DNA of 64,000 nucleotides, from assembly GCA_951406725.2 (NCBI GenBank), contig OX597817.1, positions 115,816,001 through 115,880,000 on the forward strand, given 5' to 3'. Below the pieces are notes generated by a model. That model was not told the DNA's origin, ran no database searches, and worked only from the letters and a program-made list of their open reading frames with translations. Source of the DNA: Octopus vulgaris (taxonomy: Eukaryota). This document shows positions 13,400 through 26,108 of this stretch, in pieces (position 1 is the stretch's first letter; each line of letters opens with the position of its first letter). Position numbers and translations under genes: made by a program.

Positions 13400-14135
13400 A
13401 TAGAGATGCATGATTAGAGTAGTTCTATTACCCAAACTAATTTTGAGTCACCTGCTGTCCACTAAATTACCCTGTTAGTGGAGGGTAATATCCTCTCCAT
13501 TTTCAATTTCTTTTACAAGTTGTAGCTGAAGTCGATGAGAGCTTAACCGAAGTGAAACGAGTCTGTCCTCAATCCATTCAGCCACATCCAACATATAACC
13601 GCTTTCACCGTAGTCACTAGACAAAGGAATGTCGCCTGCACCGCTTGTTTTGGGGGATTGGTGGGGCAATCATTGCGATGAACTTGGCCGATAGACTCAA
13701 CCTACACGTGACAACAGTTATTTGTCATAAAGCTACGAGTCAGGAATGCTCGGATATTACGCGATCGAGAGTTGTACGGTTTTGTCGCTTTGCGATCTAG
13801 AGTTCTACTGTTTTATCACTACGGTTTTGCCGCATGTTAGGCACTCCTACTTGGCTGCACTTTCGTGCCTGTTGAATTTGTTTCGAGCTGGTAGCATCTC
13901 TCTGTAGTACAGCTAGACCAAAGGGGGTTAAATTATCCATAAAAAATTCCGGCCAGACAGTTCTCGAGAAAATTTCAGTTAGTTCGCCTCGTTTGATACC
14001 TATAGTTTCTCCACGAACGTCAATTTTCCAGCCAGACGTTACATCTCTATATATAGCTATCGTAGAAATTCTAGCGATTTTACTGCTCGATAGAGAGAGA
14101 GGAAAGTGGCTGACTGACCACAGACCAGGTACCTA
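13400..14135 (-). mobile_element. Possible LTR-retroelement 5' remnant (unassigned)
   Basis: Abruptly more GC/CpG-rich block with a TATA-like tatatatag near 14050, short tandem tacggttttg repeats at 13770-13832, and a short ORF at 13475-13669. No diagnostic protein motif. Confidence 0.3.
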
Positions 14136-17100
14136 GTAACAATGACAACAATAACAAAAACAAAAAAAAATTATTTTGATTTAGATACAGGACCATCAAT
14201 TTTTATCCGGAGAGTAAGTAACGTGACAAGCTGCCGCTTATCTTTTAAATCGCTATTGGCATTACAAAAATAGGTAAAGTAGATTAGTTAGAGTGCAAAA
14301 GTTATTTTCTCTTTCACTGGTTATTAGAGATATATGAGCTAGCATGGCGTCTCAATGTAACGTGAATTACTGGTGTTGTGCTAGAAACTTCGCTTCTCGT
14401 TGAAGCTATTGGGATCCAACACACGAATGAAATATTTCGTATAAAGGAATATGCATTGAGTGTACACAAGTATTATTTTTCTTTGTATCGTCAAAAGTGA
14501 TGTCTATGAATGTTTTTGTGTTGCCCATTAGTTTGCTTTTTTTATCATGGTGCTTGAAGTTTAACGAAGGTGTATTTATGTAAACATTAATGTTTTTCGC
14601 AATGTTGATTTTTATGCATGATTTTTGTTGTTTTTGCTACGGACATAGAAGGGTTTTATATGCATTATTTTGAGTGTTTGAGACAAATCACCCTTCTATT
14701 TGGTGCGCTATAAAATCAATAACTTTTAATGCAATTTTGCAAGTTACTATTTAAATATATGCATGCCATGATTTATGAGTTAAAGTTTGTGTCAGTTTCT
14801 GGGAAATTATAAAATCAGAATGTGTTGTACAAATTTACATTATATATTCTTGTGTGTTTTATACGGTGCATCTTTTAGTTTTTAAAGGTATGACAAGAAT
14901 CTTGTTTACATGTGAAGAAACAAGATTCAAAATATTTTCTAGTTTAATTTAGAGTTGCGATCGTTTCCTGTAGAGAATAGGTATTGTTGTAATAATCTTT
15001 TCTTTTTGTTGCAAACGTACTCCGTTCTTATCTTCTGTGTAGGTTGTAGAATCGAGATAATCATATCCTAGTTCCAGATTCCGCTGAATAGTTTAATATA
15101 TTAATACGTAAAAGTGATCCGCACCGACTGGACTACCTTAGACTACTGTTCGTAAAATCAATGAACTTTGAGGTGTGTGAGTATTTGAATTTCTCCATTG
15201 TTTACTTCAGAATTGATGAATAAATATGCCAAGGCCATAGTGAATGTTAATAGCGTCCTTCTTACAGTTTACGTTTCTGCTAATCCTGAGTTGTTTTTGA
15301 TGGCTCCCTTTTGAAAAACATTTGATAATTAAATTTGTGTACAATAAGCGCTTGCCTGTTTTACTTAAATTTAAATTTGCTATAGTAGTTGTGGTTAATA
15401 TTGGGTGTCAGTTTAGAATATTGATTTTTCAGTCACGTATCACACATACAAGTCGTTCATACAAAACTAATAGTGACGTTAGTGATAAGTATTGAAGACA
15501 GTCCTGTACTCACGTATTTAAAACTATGTTAGTCTTTATAATTTAATAAGACTTTTTAACACCACTTGTTGGTACATAGCTGATAAACTTCACGATAAAT
15601 AAATTGTCCATTGAACTTGACTTACACGCATTTATTTCTGTTTACCTCTATCACACCACCTTATAAAATTTAGACGCAAAATGTTGTAGCTACATCTATA
15701 CTATTGAATCATTGGGAATTATCACAAAGCAGTCCGATGAAATACGAGATTATTATCCCATGACTATCGCTTTTTTTTATACCGTTACTGATTTGTTTTT
15801 ACAAATATAGCATAAATTTCATTTAAGCCTATTAACGTAAGCACAGGTGGAAACGTGAAGGAGCTTTGCATAAGATCATATGTATCTCATTAAAGTTTAG
15901 CGCCTTTTAGTATCAGACCATTTACAAAGTTTGTCGAGGGAAGTGACATTTACAATGGTGTTACTCATTTTACGTAGACTACAGGAAGATGGACAATTTT
16001 GAGGTCGTACAAAGATGAAATAAGTTACAGTTCTTGAGATTATTCCTAATTGACAAGTTCGATTCTGCCATTGCGCTCGATTATTCTTCAGCTACCAAAA
16101 ATCGACTGAGATCAGACGCCAAATAATCAAAATATCTAATATCTTACATTATTGGATCAAATCATACATTCAATTGTTTCTTTAATAACCGGGCTTCAAA
16201 GAAATTCAGAGGAAAATGTCGGAAGTAACAACTACGTAGATATAGTAACTTCATGTACTTTAGTGTGATAAATATGGTATTTTGCAGTTATTTATACACG
16301 CAAATCAATTCTCTTATCGCTTGGACTATACAGTCATGATGTGAATTCTTACTGATGCAGACAATCAAGATATATGGGATTTTATTTTAATCTGATATAG
16401 AACGACGCCAACAAAACAATTTACAATTATTCAGAATCGAAATACACACACACATACACGCACACACCTAATACACACACATACACACATACGCATATGC
16501 ATGCATACACACCTACATACATATATACGTTTGTTTTAAAATGCATTGACATGCTAGCAAATATCCATAGTTTTAGTAGTATTTATACAGGAAAAAAATT
16601 TTGTGCATATGTATTTTAATGCGTGCAAGATAAACAGACTTTTTACATATGCGAGAAAAGACACTACTTCTCTCCTTCCTTATCCTCTCTATCTTTCCTT
16701 TACTTTCTGCCTTTCTTTTCTTTCACTCTCTATACATATATATATACGCATATATCTAAATGTCTGAGTGTATACGTATACGTATGTCTCTATGTATGAA
16801 TGTACAAATATGCAGAATTATATATGTGTGTGTGTATGTATATATATATATATATAAAGTATATATACATGTATATGTATGTATATATATATACCTGTAT
16901 ATATATGCATACATATATATATCTATATATATATATAAAAATAAATATATATAAAAATAAATATATATACACACACGCACATACACATACCATCGAACAC
17001 TTCTTGTTTATAAACAGATTCAAATATAAGAATATTAACATATTAACAGAAACGTTTGGACAGATTTGCCATCAAGTCACAAATACAGACATTTCGGTAT

Positions 17101-17486
17101 CAAAATACACGAATTTATGTGCCAGAAAAAACATACGTTGATGTGGTTTTATTACCTTTATTGTTCACAGAATCTTTTAAATATATTTTCTATTTTCTTC
17201 TCTGAAGTTTGACTTTCGTCAGAGATTAATGGCATTCTCAAGAGAAAATCAATTAATCATGCGAAAAAATGATATTTCCAAGTATTTACTGAAAAAGTTT
17301 AATTTGTTCTAATATTTTCCCGTTTTTGTTTTTTGCAGCTGAAAATAGCGCTGTACAAAAAATATATATTTTTGCCAACTACTAAATAAGAACCAATCAA
17401 TTGATAAGAATATTTTGGCATTAAGATATTTTGATGACTGCCGGTATTAAAACAGTGTATTATTTAATGCCTAAATATTATAGCTA

Positions 17487-18723
17487 GAACGACTGCTGAC
17501 AAGTAGCAAAATTATTAGAACAGGCTCTTAATATTGATGTTTTTCTGCTTTGAAAGTATCTAAATTTTACTTTTAGATACATGGTGTTTTCAAGAAAGTA
17601 ACAATGTAACAGCATTAAAAACGCTCTCTCCCATAAGAACTAAATCCAGTTCTAGTAGTAATGTTTTTATCAGTGTGCCCCCATTTGGTTTCTGCAGGTA
17701 AAATCGGAGACTATTTTATGGGTTCTACCCGACGTTCCATTTCAAGAAGCAAAAAAGCTAACACACTCTCCGATTACATTCTTTATTGCATAACATATTC
17801 AGAATCTAGGTACATAGGTTACAACAACAGACACATATGGATACACGGATCCGCACATATAAAGATGCACATCCATACATACAAACATGGTACATAGTTA
17901 CAAAACACACACAAACACAGATATACACACATAAGGAGACAGAGGTGCATACATATACAAGCACATGCTCACGCACACATACATAGAAAATACACAAACA
18001 CGGACAGGCAAGCACATAAATATGCAGGATACGTACATACAGATGCACGCGCATACATGCATACATATGCATACACACGCACATATATACATACACATGC
18101 AAACACACACACACATACATACGTATATGTATGGATGTATAGGCACACACTGACCCACACACATGCGCACAAACCAACAAAAGGGAACGCAGCGTAAATA
18201 ATGGACAGAATCAAGACTATTGAAAAGGTTGCAAGACGCAACGAAAATTTTAGAAAAAAAAAGAAAGAAGTGGAGATTTTACCGGTGAGTGTGTTAAATA
18301 ATAAAGCACTAAAAGAGAATGACTCTCCCCAGGCACAACAGAATATTCAGAAAATTTATTTTTATTACACATATTTTGCTATATTTATCTGTGGGGTCAG
18401 TTAGATAATACTAAAATCATGCCCTCCATACAATGTATAAATTTATGTCTCCAGAATGATGAAACAATATAACGACTGTTTTAAGACTCCGTAAAGTAAC
18501 ACAGACTGTTTCTTATAATTTCGAAGAGAATATTTGGGAAGGACAACTAGACAATATTTTAATTCTCAGAGAATTTTAAAATCTCACCCTAATCAGAGCA
18601 ACAGTTAAATTGCTTGAAGAATACTGGAACAACTGCTGACAAGTAGCAAAATTATTAGAACAGGCTTTTCCTTTTGATGTTTTTCTGCTTTGAAAGTATT
18701 TAGAATTTACATTTAGATGCATG
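17487..18723 (+). repeat. Two ~97-bp direct repeat copies (17487-17583 and 18627-18723)
   Basis: gaac.actgctgacaagtagcaaaattattagaacaggct...tgatgtttttctgctttgaaagtat present twice, 1140 bp apart. Confidence 0.9.
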
Positions 18724-18751
18724 CATATATACATATACATGTGTATACACA

Positions 18752-18852
<101 letters not shown>

Positions 18853-18903
18853 CCCCGAAAAACAAATAATATATATGTATATATATATATGTGTGTGTAT
18901 GTA

Positions 18904-19703
18904 CAGAGCAGGACAGTGAGAATGGACGTTTTTCAAAACTTTACAGGATCATTAATCTTTGATGTAAGCAAATTTTATTGACATCAATGTGTTCGTATTG
19001 AATTACCATTTGTCCAAATCAAGTGTGGAAAACAACATCCATTATGTGCTGCACGTTCTCATTGACGCATTTCTGAAGACGTTCTTGAAAGTTTGCCTCC
19101 ACTCTCTCCAGCACTTCTCTGTCCATTTGGGTGGCTTCCACGGTAGTAGTTTCCTTCAAATCGTCCAATGTACGAGGTTCGTGCGCACACACACGTGCCT
19201 TTAGGTTTTCCCATAAGAAATAATCCCCCATGGACAAATGAGGGGACCAAAAGTGCCAAGGAATGTCAGCCAGCCTGTAAATGAGGCAGTCAGAAGAGAG
19301 GGCGAAGAACGTCTACTGATGTTCTGATTGTGTGGACCATCGCCCCATCCTACTGAACCTGCACACACCGAGAGAAATACGTCTTCGTTGTATTTCAGGT
19401 ACAAAGAAGTTGTTTATCATCTCGATGTAATGCTCGGAGTTCACAGTAACAGCATTTCCATAATTGTATTCAAAAACGTAAATACCAATGTAGGCAGCTT
19501 TTCCAACAGCACACCAGACCGTTACTTTTGGACTGTGCAGTAGTCTTTCATGCAGTTCTCTCAGATTTTCAAGAGCAAAATAACGACAGATCTGTTGATT
19601 CACCATGCCCCTGAGATGAAAATAAGCTTCATCACTCATTAACAGAATGAGTCTGTCAGTTGCTTCAAAAATTGTTTCCATCTGACGTGTGAAGTTAAGC
19701 CGC

Positions 19704-19762
<59 letters not shown>

Positions 19763-20090
19763 ATGGTTTCAATTGTTGCCCAATGACCGATTTGTACAGG
19801 TGGAAATGCAGACGTTCATGGAAAGTACGCCTTACCGATCGATTACCGATGCCAATTTTAGTGGAATGTCTTTGAGCAGAACGATGCGGACTCCGTTTCA
19901 AAGCTTCTTTTACGCGTTCCACATTCCCTAGAGACCATACCATCCGTGGTTACCCCGTCGGTTTCCTATTCATTGGTGTACCTCGTTTACGAAGTGAAGT
20001 GCATTCACCCAACGTAAGATTGTGTTAGGGGGGGAACAGTCTGATTCCGATGAAAGTTGAAGTAGCGCCAAAACTCCTATTTTCAAAGAA
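18904..20090 (-). mobile_element. Tc1/mariner-superfamily DNA transposon remnant (maT/rosa-like transposase pseudogene)
   Basis: NVERVKEALKRSPHRSAQRHS (HTH), MSDEAYFHLRGMVNQQ..LHSPKVTVWCAV..VTVNSEHY, DYFLWENLKARV..PRTLDDLKE. Left end TA|cagagcaggac. Right end not found. Confidence 0.9.
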
Positions 20091-20865
20091 CGGATACCAT
20101 AGAATATAAGGAAAAATATTTACATTAACAAAGTTGTGTCATGCTAGAACAGTCTCTCGGGCTAACATCAACCAGTGAAACCACCGTCCGTCTAGCTGCT
20201 TGTACTTTTGTGCTCAGCAATTTTGATTTTGGGCTAAAAATCTGTTTTATATCTTACTGGCTTCGACGACTTAGTTTTCTCGTTTTAAATCATACTATTT
20301 AATTGAAAATCTATATTAATATTTAATTTTTGCTTCCAATTGAACCAGATTAGTAGCAACTGAAGTTGAAACTAGATAATCAAAATATGTATTGAAGAAA
20401 GTATACTAAACAATATATTAAGATCCTTTTTCATAAAATGGTCACCACAAGGGAGTTATAACAGCTCTTCTATCATACAATAGAATGAACTGAAATATTT
20501 ATCCCAAATGAGAAGAAATTTGTAAAAGAGTATATTCTCTTTTATGAGTGTGATTATATTATATCAGTCATCGACATTGTGGAAAATCGATACTAAGATC
20601 TTAAGTGATATCAGCCTTGCCTAACACTTCGAGAGAATTTCATTACAAAACTCACAGCTTTCGTTGAACGATCTCCACCTCGGCGTAAATGCGTTATCTT
20701 TATGAATGATTTAAATTCAGATATAGTGTTACATACATACTGGGTGTAATTCTGTTTAAATGCAAGATAAAAAGGTGTGATATAGTAATGCAATAAAGCA
20801 AAGTGTTTGGATATCAGACTATATTACAATATATTTTAGATTATCAGATACAGAAAATTGCACAC

Positions 20866-20925
<60 letters not shown>

Positions 20926-22208
20926 AACTATATGGGTAGTTAGAGGTCTGCCGAACTGTATGATATTGTTATTGGCATTAGGAAATTATAAGCCCGGACA
21001 TGCTCTACAGCTAAACTAAATTTTAAGGTCGATACTATGATACAGAGTCAACTGAGTCAAGAAATATTAACTAACATTGCTTGTGAGGAGAAAAGAAATA
21101 GTTATTAGCGTAATGATCAATTCCAATGATGAAAGAAGGGAAAATTATTCGGAAAATTACTTCAAAATAAATGTTGCAAATGTAGTTAGGTGAGTGAAAT
21201 TAATTTTAGTACTGCAACAAAAAGGCAGACCTGAAATTTAGAATACAATATTATTGCTTCAATGAATTGAAGCTGAATTTATATACACTCGAGTTTTTGA
21301 ACACTACAACTAAACTTGCTATTATGTATTCACGGGCGGCACTTTTAATAGGGCACCACTGCTGTTATAAGCAATATGTGTTTTTTGTGGGGCCTGGGAT
21401 CGTCAAACGATTCAGGTGGTACTCACTGTAGCTACGCTAGTGTATGGTCCACAGAACAACGCAAAGGGGGGATATGCACATCCATCTATACTATTTTCTG
21501 CATAACTCTATAAGGGTATGTAACGTTACTCAGTTATGTATTGGCAATGATATTTCACATTTAGATTAATACTAATCTATGTGAGAATTTGCAGTTATAC
21601 GAATTGGCATTGTTGAGAGCTATGCATAATTGAGCTGAATACACCCGATATAACTATTGCAGAAGAGCAAAGAGTAAGCTTCAGCGAAAAGGAAAGAAAA
21701 CCTTGTATTCATTCGCTCAGCTGTCATATTTTCCCATGGATATGGTAGTCAGACCTAGTATATTCGTGTCGCCAAAAATACCGACATTTTTATTAATGAT
21801 AGAGGTTGGCGCATCAACATTATGGGAGAAACCATTGCTAAATGTCAGCAATCTTGTAAATAAATGTAGATACCCAGGATTGAAACATTTGAAGAATCAG
21901 ATACGGTTGTACTGTCTTGATTGAAAGTTTCGTCCACATAATGTATGTGTGCATGTGTGTGTGTGTATATATACATGCATTCATACATTAACGTTGCATA
22001 CTTATATATAACTATGGATGCGCATACACATGCATATGTGTATATGTATGTATGTGTGAATGTGCGCGCGAGCACATATGCTTACATGTTTTAGATCGAT
22101 GAAATCAGTAATTTATGTTATCCTTTACTTCGAACAGAAAATCGGAGCTGGTATGAGAATGAGCAATAATGGGAAAATGGACTAAGATGAAACAATTAAA
22201 TGAAAGTA

Positions 22209-22210
<2 letters not shown>

Positions 22211-22271
<61 letters not shown>

Positions 22272-22272
22272 C
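22211..22272. repeat. (TTA)n microsatellite
   Basis: Directly visible. Confidence 0.95.
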
Positions 22273-22393
22273 ATTGTATTTTGCAAGATTCCTGATGTGA
22301 AATCGTGTGTTGCAACAGATATTAATGTATTTCGGAATGGCCAATTTGTTTATTATTTTTTTCTTTTGCCAAATAAAAACACGCATTATATAT

Positions 22394-22439
<46 letters not shown>

Positions 22440-22443
<4 letters not shown>

Positions 22444-22696
22444 TTATTTCACTCGTTTATTACTGTCATTTTATTATTTTAACGTCTGTTCATTTTCCTG
22501 AAGTCTTTCATCACACATCTGTGATCTCCTCGGCGACACTATTCGTGTCTGTGTGTGCTCTTGCTCCACTTACAAGAACACACACGGACACGGATAGTGT
22601 CACTGAAGAAGTCGCAGGTTTGTGACGAAAGACTTCAAGAAAATGGACAGGCGTTACAATAATAAAATGACAGTAATAAACGAGTAAAGAAGAAAT
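22440..22696. repeat. (TA)n-flanked ~250-bp palindrome with HHR-like motifs in both arms
   Basis: Arms ~22451-22563 and ~22573-22685 around a 9-nt spacer ctccactta, about 16 substitutions by manual alignment. Confidence 0.9.
22597..22636 (+). ncRNA. Degenerate hammerhead core
   Basis: CUGAAGA-A-GUCGCA-gguu-UGUGAC-GAAA-GACUU. Stem II is related to that at 28941-28985. No 3' strand of stem I found. Confidence 0.5.
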
Positions 22697-22714
22697 ATAT
22701 ATACATATATATTG

Positions 22715-22945
22715 TAGGCGGCGAGCTGGCAGAAACGTTAGCGCGCCGGGCGAATTGCTTAGCGGTATTTCGACTTTCGTTACGTTCTGAGTTCAAATTC
22801 CGCCGAGGTCGACTTTGCCTTTCATTCTTTCGGGGTCAATATATAAAGTAACAGTTTCGCACTGAGGTCGATGTAATCGACTTAATCCCTTCGCCTGTCC
22901 TTGTTTGTCCCCTCAATGTTTAGCCCTTTGTGGGCAGTAAAGAAA
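22715..22945 (+). mobile_element. tRNA-derived SINE with Meta-domain-like core
   Basis: ggcggcgagctggcagaaacgttagc head, gagttcaaattcc B box, gtcgactttgcctttcattctttcggggtc central domain. Confidence 0.8.
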
Positions 22946-23171
22946 CATATATATATAAATTGAATTAGAGATAAAACCACTATTAGGCAAATCAAACTGA
23001 AAAACATAAACCAAAACATAGAAATAAAATTAATTTTTATAATACAAAATATATAAAATATAAAATTCAAAATTTAAATTATTTAAATTTAAAGTTAAAA
23101 ATTTAAAATTATTAATTTATATTAATTAAATATTAAATATTAAACATTTTTATTTTTAAAGAATTATAATT

Positions 23172-23319
23172 TGTGTGGTAAGAAGCTTGCTTCCCAAACA
23201 CATGGTTCCAGGTTCAGTTCCACTGCATGAAACCTTGGGAAGGTGCTTTCTACTATCATCTCGGGCCGACCATATATTTGTGAGTGTATTTGGTTGAGGG
23301 AAACCGACAGAAGCCCGTC

Positions 23320-23320
<1 letters not shown>
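23172..23320 (+). mobile_element. SINE 5' half (same family as 1090-1473)
   Basis: gtgtggtaagaagcttgcttccc...ggttcagttccactgcat..ccttgggaaggtg. Confidence 0.8.
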
Positions 23321-23393
<73 letters not shown>

Positions 23394-25090
23394 GTGTGTG
23401 TATGTGTGTGTGCGTGTGCGTATGCGGAAGTGCGTATGTAAAACTGATAAAGTACAATTTAAGATAAAAATTCCATTTTGATTTTGAGTAAAACGTCAGT
23501 CTTTCAGAGTAAAGGTTTTAAAGGATGTTCGCATGATTTACTGCGTCTAACTCTCAATCACTCCCACTCCGTATGTTGTTTTGCAATTTTTACTCGCAAG
23601 CGTGGCCAGTATTCACACACATTGAGTTTTATCATATGTAATTAATTAATCAACAGATGTTACTACGGGGGATATGTAGATAGTCCGACGAGTGTTCACA
23701 TTCACAGCCGACCGAATAGAAAGTTATACGTTTAGGCAACACTACATATCAGGTTTTATCACCAGGGATTTGTATATGCCTTACCGGTTTTCTTCCAATA
23801 TATTTTCCTCTGATACATTTTCGCTTTTTCTCATTGTTTTCTCGCTTTTCTTCTAATAGCATCCATGTTGTATTTTACATCTGAATGATTTCTGAAAATG
23901 CATGGTATGCTATAATAGCTTGCAAATATCACTGTATTTTAAGATGCATGAAGCTGATAGTAACTCACATTTAAATCCTACGATCTTAAAGTCATATTTC
24001 GAAATAAATTATATGTTCTATAGCTACTGTATTGTAATTATAAATGACTCTTTTCTTTGATGTTTCTAGATGTAATAACAAGTCGAGGCTGGAGTAACAA
24101 ACTATGCTAATATTTCAATCCTGTTGATTATTATTGATTACCAGCAGTGTTTATGTTTATGGTAGTACCCAGGTGTCGAAACCACAGTACTATCTGTTTG
24201 GCAGTTGACGATGGGAATACATATATTTTATTCTTATTTATGAATTTTTATATGTTATTTTTGTTATTCTGAGTTGTTCTTCGTTCTAGTAAACTAGAAA
24301 GTGTTACATTGATATTGGTTGTTTTTCTTCATAGATAATATATTAAGCTCACGCAACGCTTGGGGTCCTGTGGCATATATACATATATATCTATTGATTT
24401 TGTAATAGCTAAAAAGAGGATGTCATGTGGCCATTTATATAGTTTTTCAATGAAATTACCACTGTGAATTACATCATGTACATATGGGATAATCAGCCAT
24501 GTTAACAATACTGCACAAGGAATGCATAGGAAAATATGACTGACACGCCTATCGACAAATACCTTGCCTAAACATCGTATTTATGTAGGCAGAACCGCTA
24601 TTATTTCAGGAGCATTGCTACTTGGAAATTTTTGCTGAACAATAATCCATCATGTGTATTTCACACATACTCTATTAATTCTAAATTATATACCGTATTA
24701 TTCTGTACAAGTTCATGTCACAAGGTCTCCTTTCCGATATTGAAAATAAGAAGCATTAAAAAAACATTAAATTATAAAGAAAATATTGTATTTCGTATGT
24801 TATATTTTTATCTATGATGTAAGTATAATAATAACCCCCTAATCATATTCCCTCATACAATGCAGCTTTCACATTGACTATAAGCATATTGTTTTATGTT
24901 TCCAGTTGTACGACAAATATAGTATGTTATCAATGTAGAAGAAGTTTTGTAAGCTACACATGCATTCTATGAAGTCTTAAAGGAATATTGTCTTCGTAAT
25001 TTCTTAAAATTGTATATTGTTGAATATAGCTAAACACTTCCTTCCCACGCTTATTTGAACAAAACATCGTCAAATACACAAATTATAGAA

Positions 25091-25126
<36 letters not shown>

Positions 25127-25269
25127 CAGCTTCGATTTAAGGATTTTGAGTAGCCATAACTTAATGCATGCGTAATAAATAACATTTGTGTAATGAGTAA
25201 TTAAGTTTATTAAATAAAGGATCAAAGACACACGTGAATTCACACAAACGCGACATAAATACAGAGATT

Positions 25270-26108
25270 ATACGTGTGCATGTGGTGGAGAGTAAAGCTG
25301 CTTAGCACAGATTGATCTTGAACTCTGCTGAGCATCCACACCATGTTTCAACGTCCTACCTCACTACCGCTATATACATTAGTGCTTGGAAGGAAGGTGT
25401 ATAGCGTGTGATCGTCGCATTGATCATGACAGAGGAAGTTGTCATGACGATACCTGCACAGAGGCCTACGCAAGATTGCAGAGTGTGTATGCAGAGGAGT
25501 GCACGAGTCATACACAAGTGCACAAGTGGTTCAGATGGCCGAAAAATTTCGATATTGACGAAAGTTCACGGAGGCCCGCAACCAGAAGAACTGAGAAAAG
25601 CATCACAAATGTGCGTGCAGCTGTGAGGGGAAATCATCGAATCACCATCCGTGAGGTATCGGAGGATGTGACGATTAGTTAAGCCTCAGTTCGGTCCATT
25701 ATCTCTGAAGATTTGGTATGAGAGATGCGTCTGTCAAGTTTGTGCCAAAACTACTTTCAGCTGACCAAAAACACACTCGGGTTTCAGTTTTAGAAGATCA
25801 CCTTGATTGTATAAAAAATTATGAAATCTTTTAGAAACCTTTGCGTAAGCCTCTGAGCAGGTATACAAAGCTTTTGGCAATATTTGAAGTAGATTCTCTG
25901 CTCAACTTTCTCTGTTATGGTCAATGCGACGATAACACACTACACACGTTCCTTTGAAGCACTGCGGTAACCAGCGTAAATGAGGTACAACGTCAAACCT
26001 TAGTGAATATGCACAACAGGGTACAAGGTCAATCTGTGCAAATCAGCTTTACTTTGTTTTAGCTTCGTTACTATGACGACAGTTCGGATACTTATTCATC
26101 AGCCCTCA
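25270..26108 (+). mobile_element. Internally deleted mariner element
   Basis: ORF 25386-25682 EAYARLQSVYAEECTSHTQVHKWF..SRRPAT..NHRITIREVSE (mariner HTH region). Subterminal inverted repeats 25291-25323 / 26021-26053. Right end ..tacttattcatcagccctca|TA. Confidence 0.85.

Noticed and set aside
14300-15600. Very old L1-like ORF2 on the minus strand
   Set aside because: Only vague resemblance to RT motifs, with many stops; cannot be supported by eye.
21331-21443. Small hAT-type MITE (cacgggcgg ... gctacgctagtg)
   Set aside because: The ends match poorly and the flanks share only 4 bp, so there is no credible TSD.
22451-22685. Arm mismatches as a genomic record of ADAR A-to-I editing
   Set aside because: Mismatches are mostly transitions but fall in both directions (about half give G-U and half A-C on the plus strand). 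Polarity cannot be assigned without a consensus.
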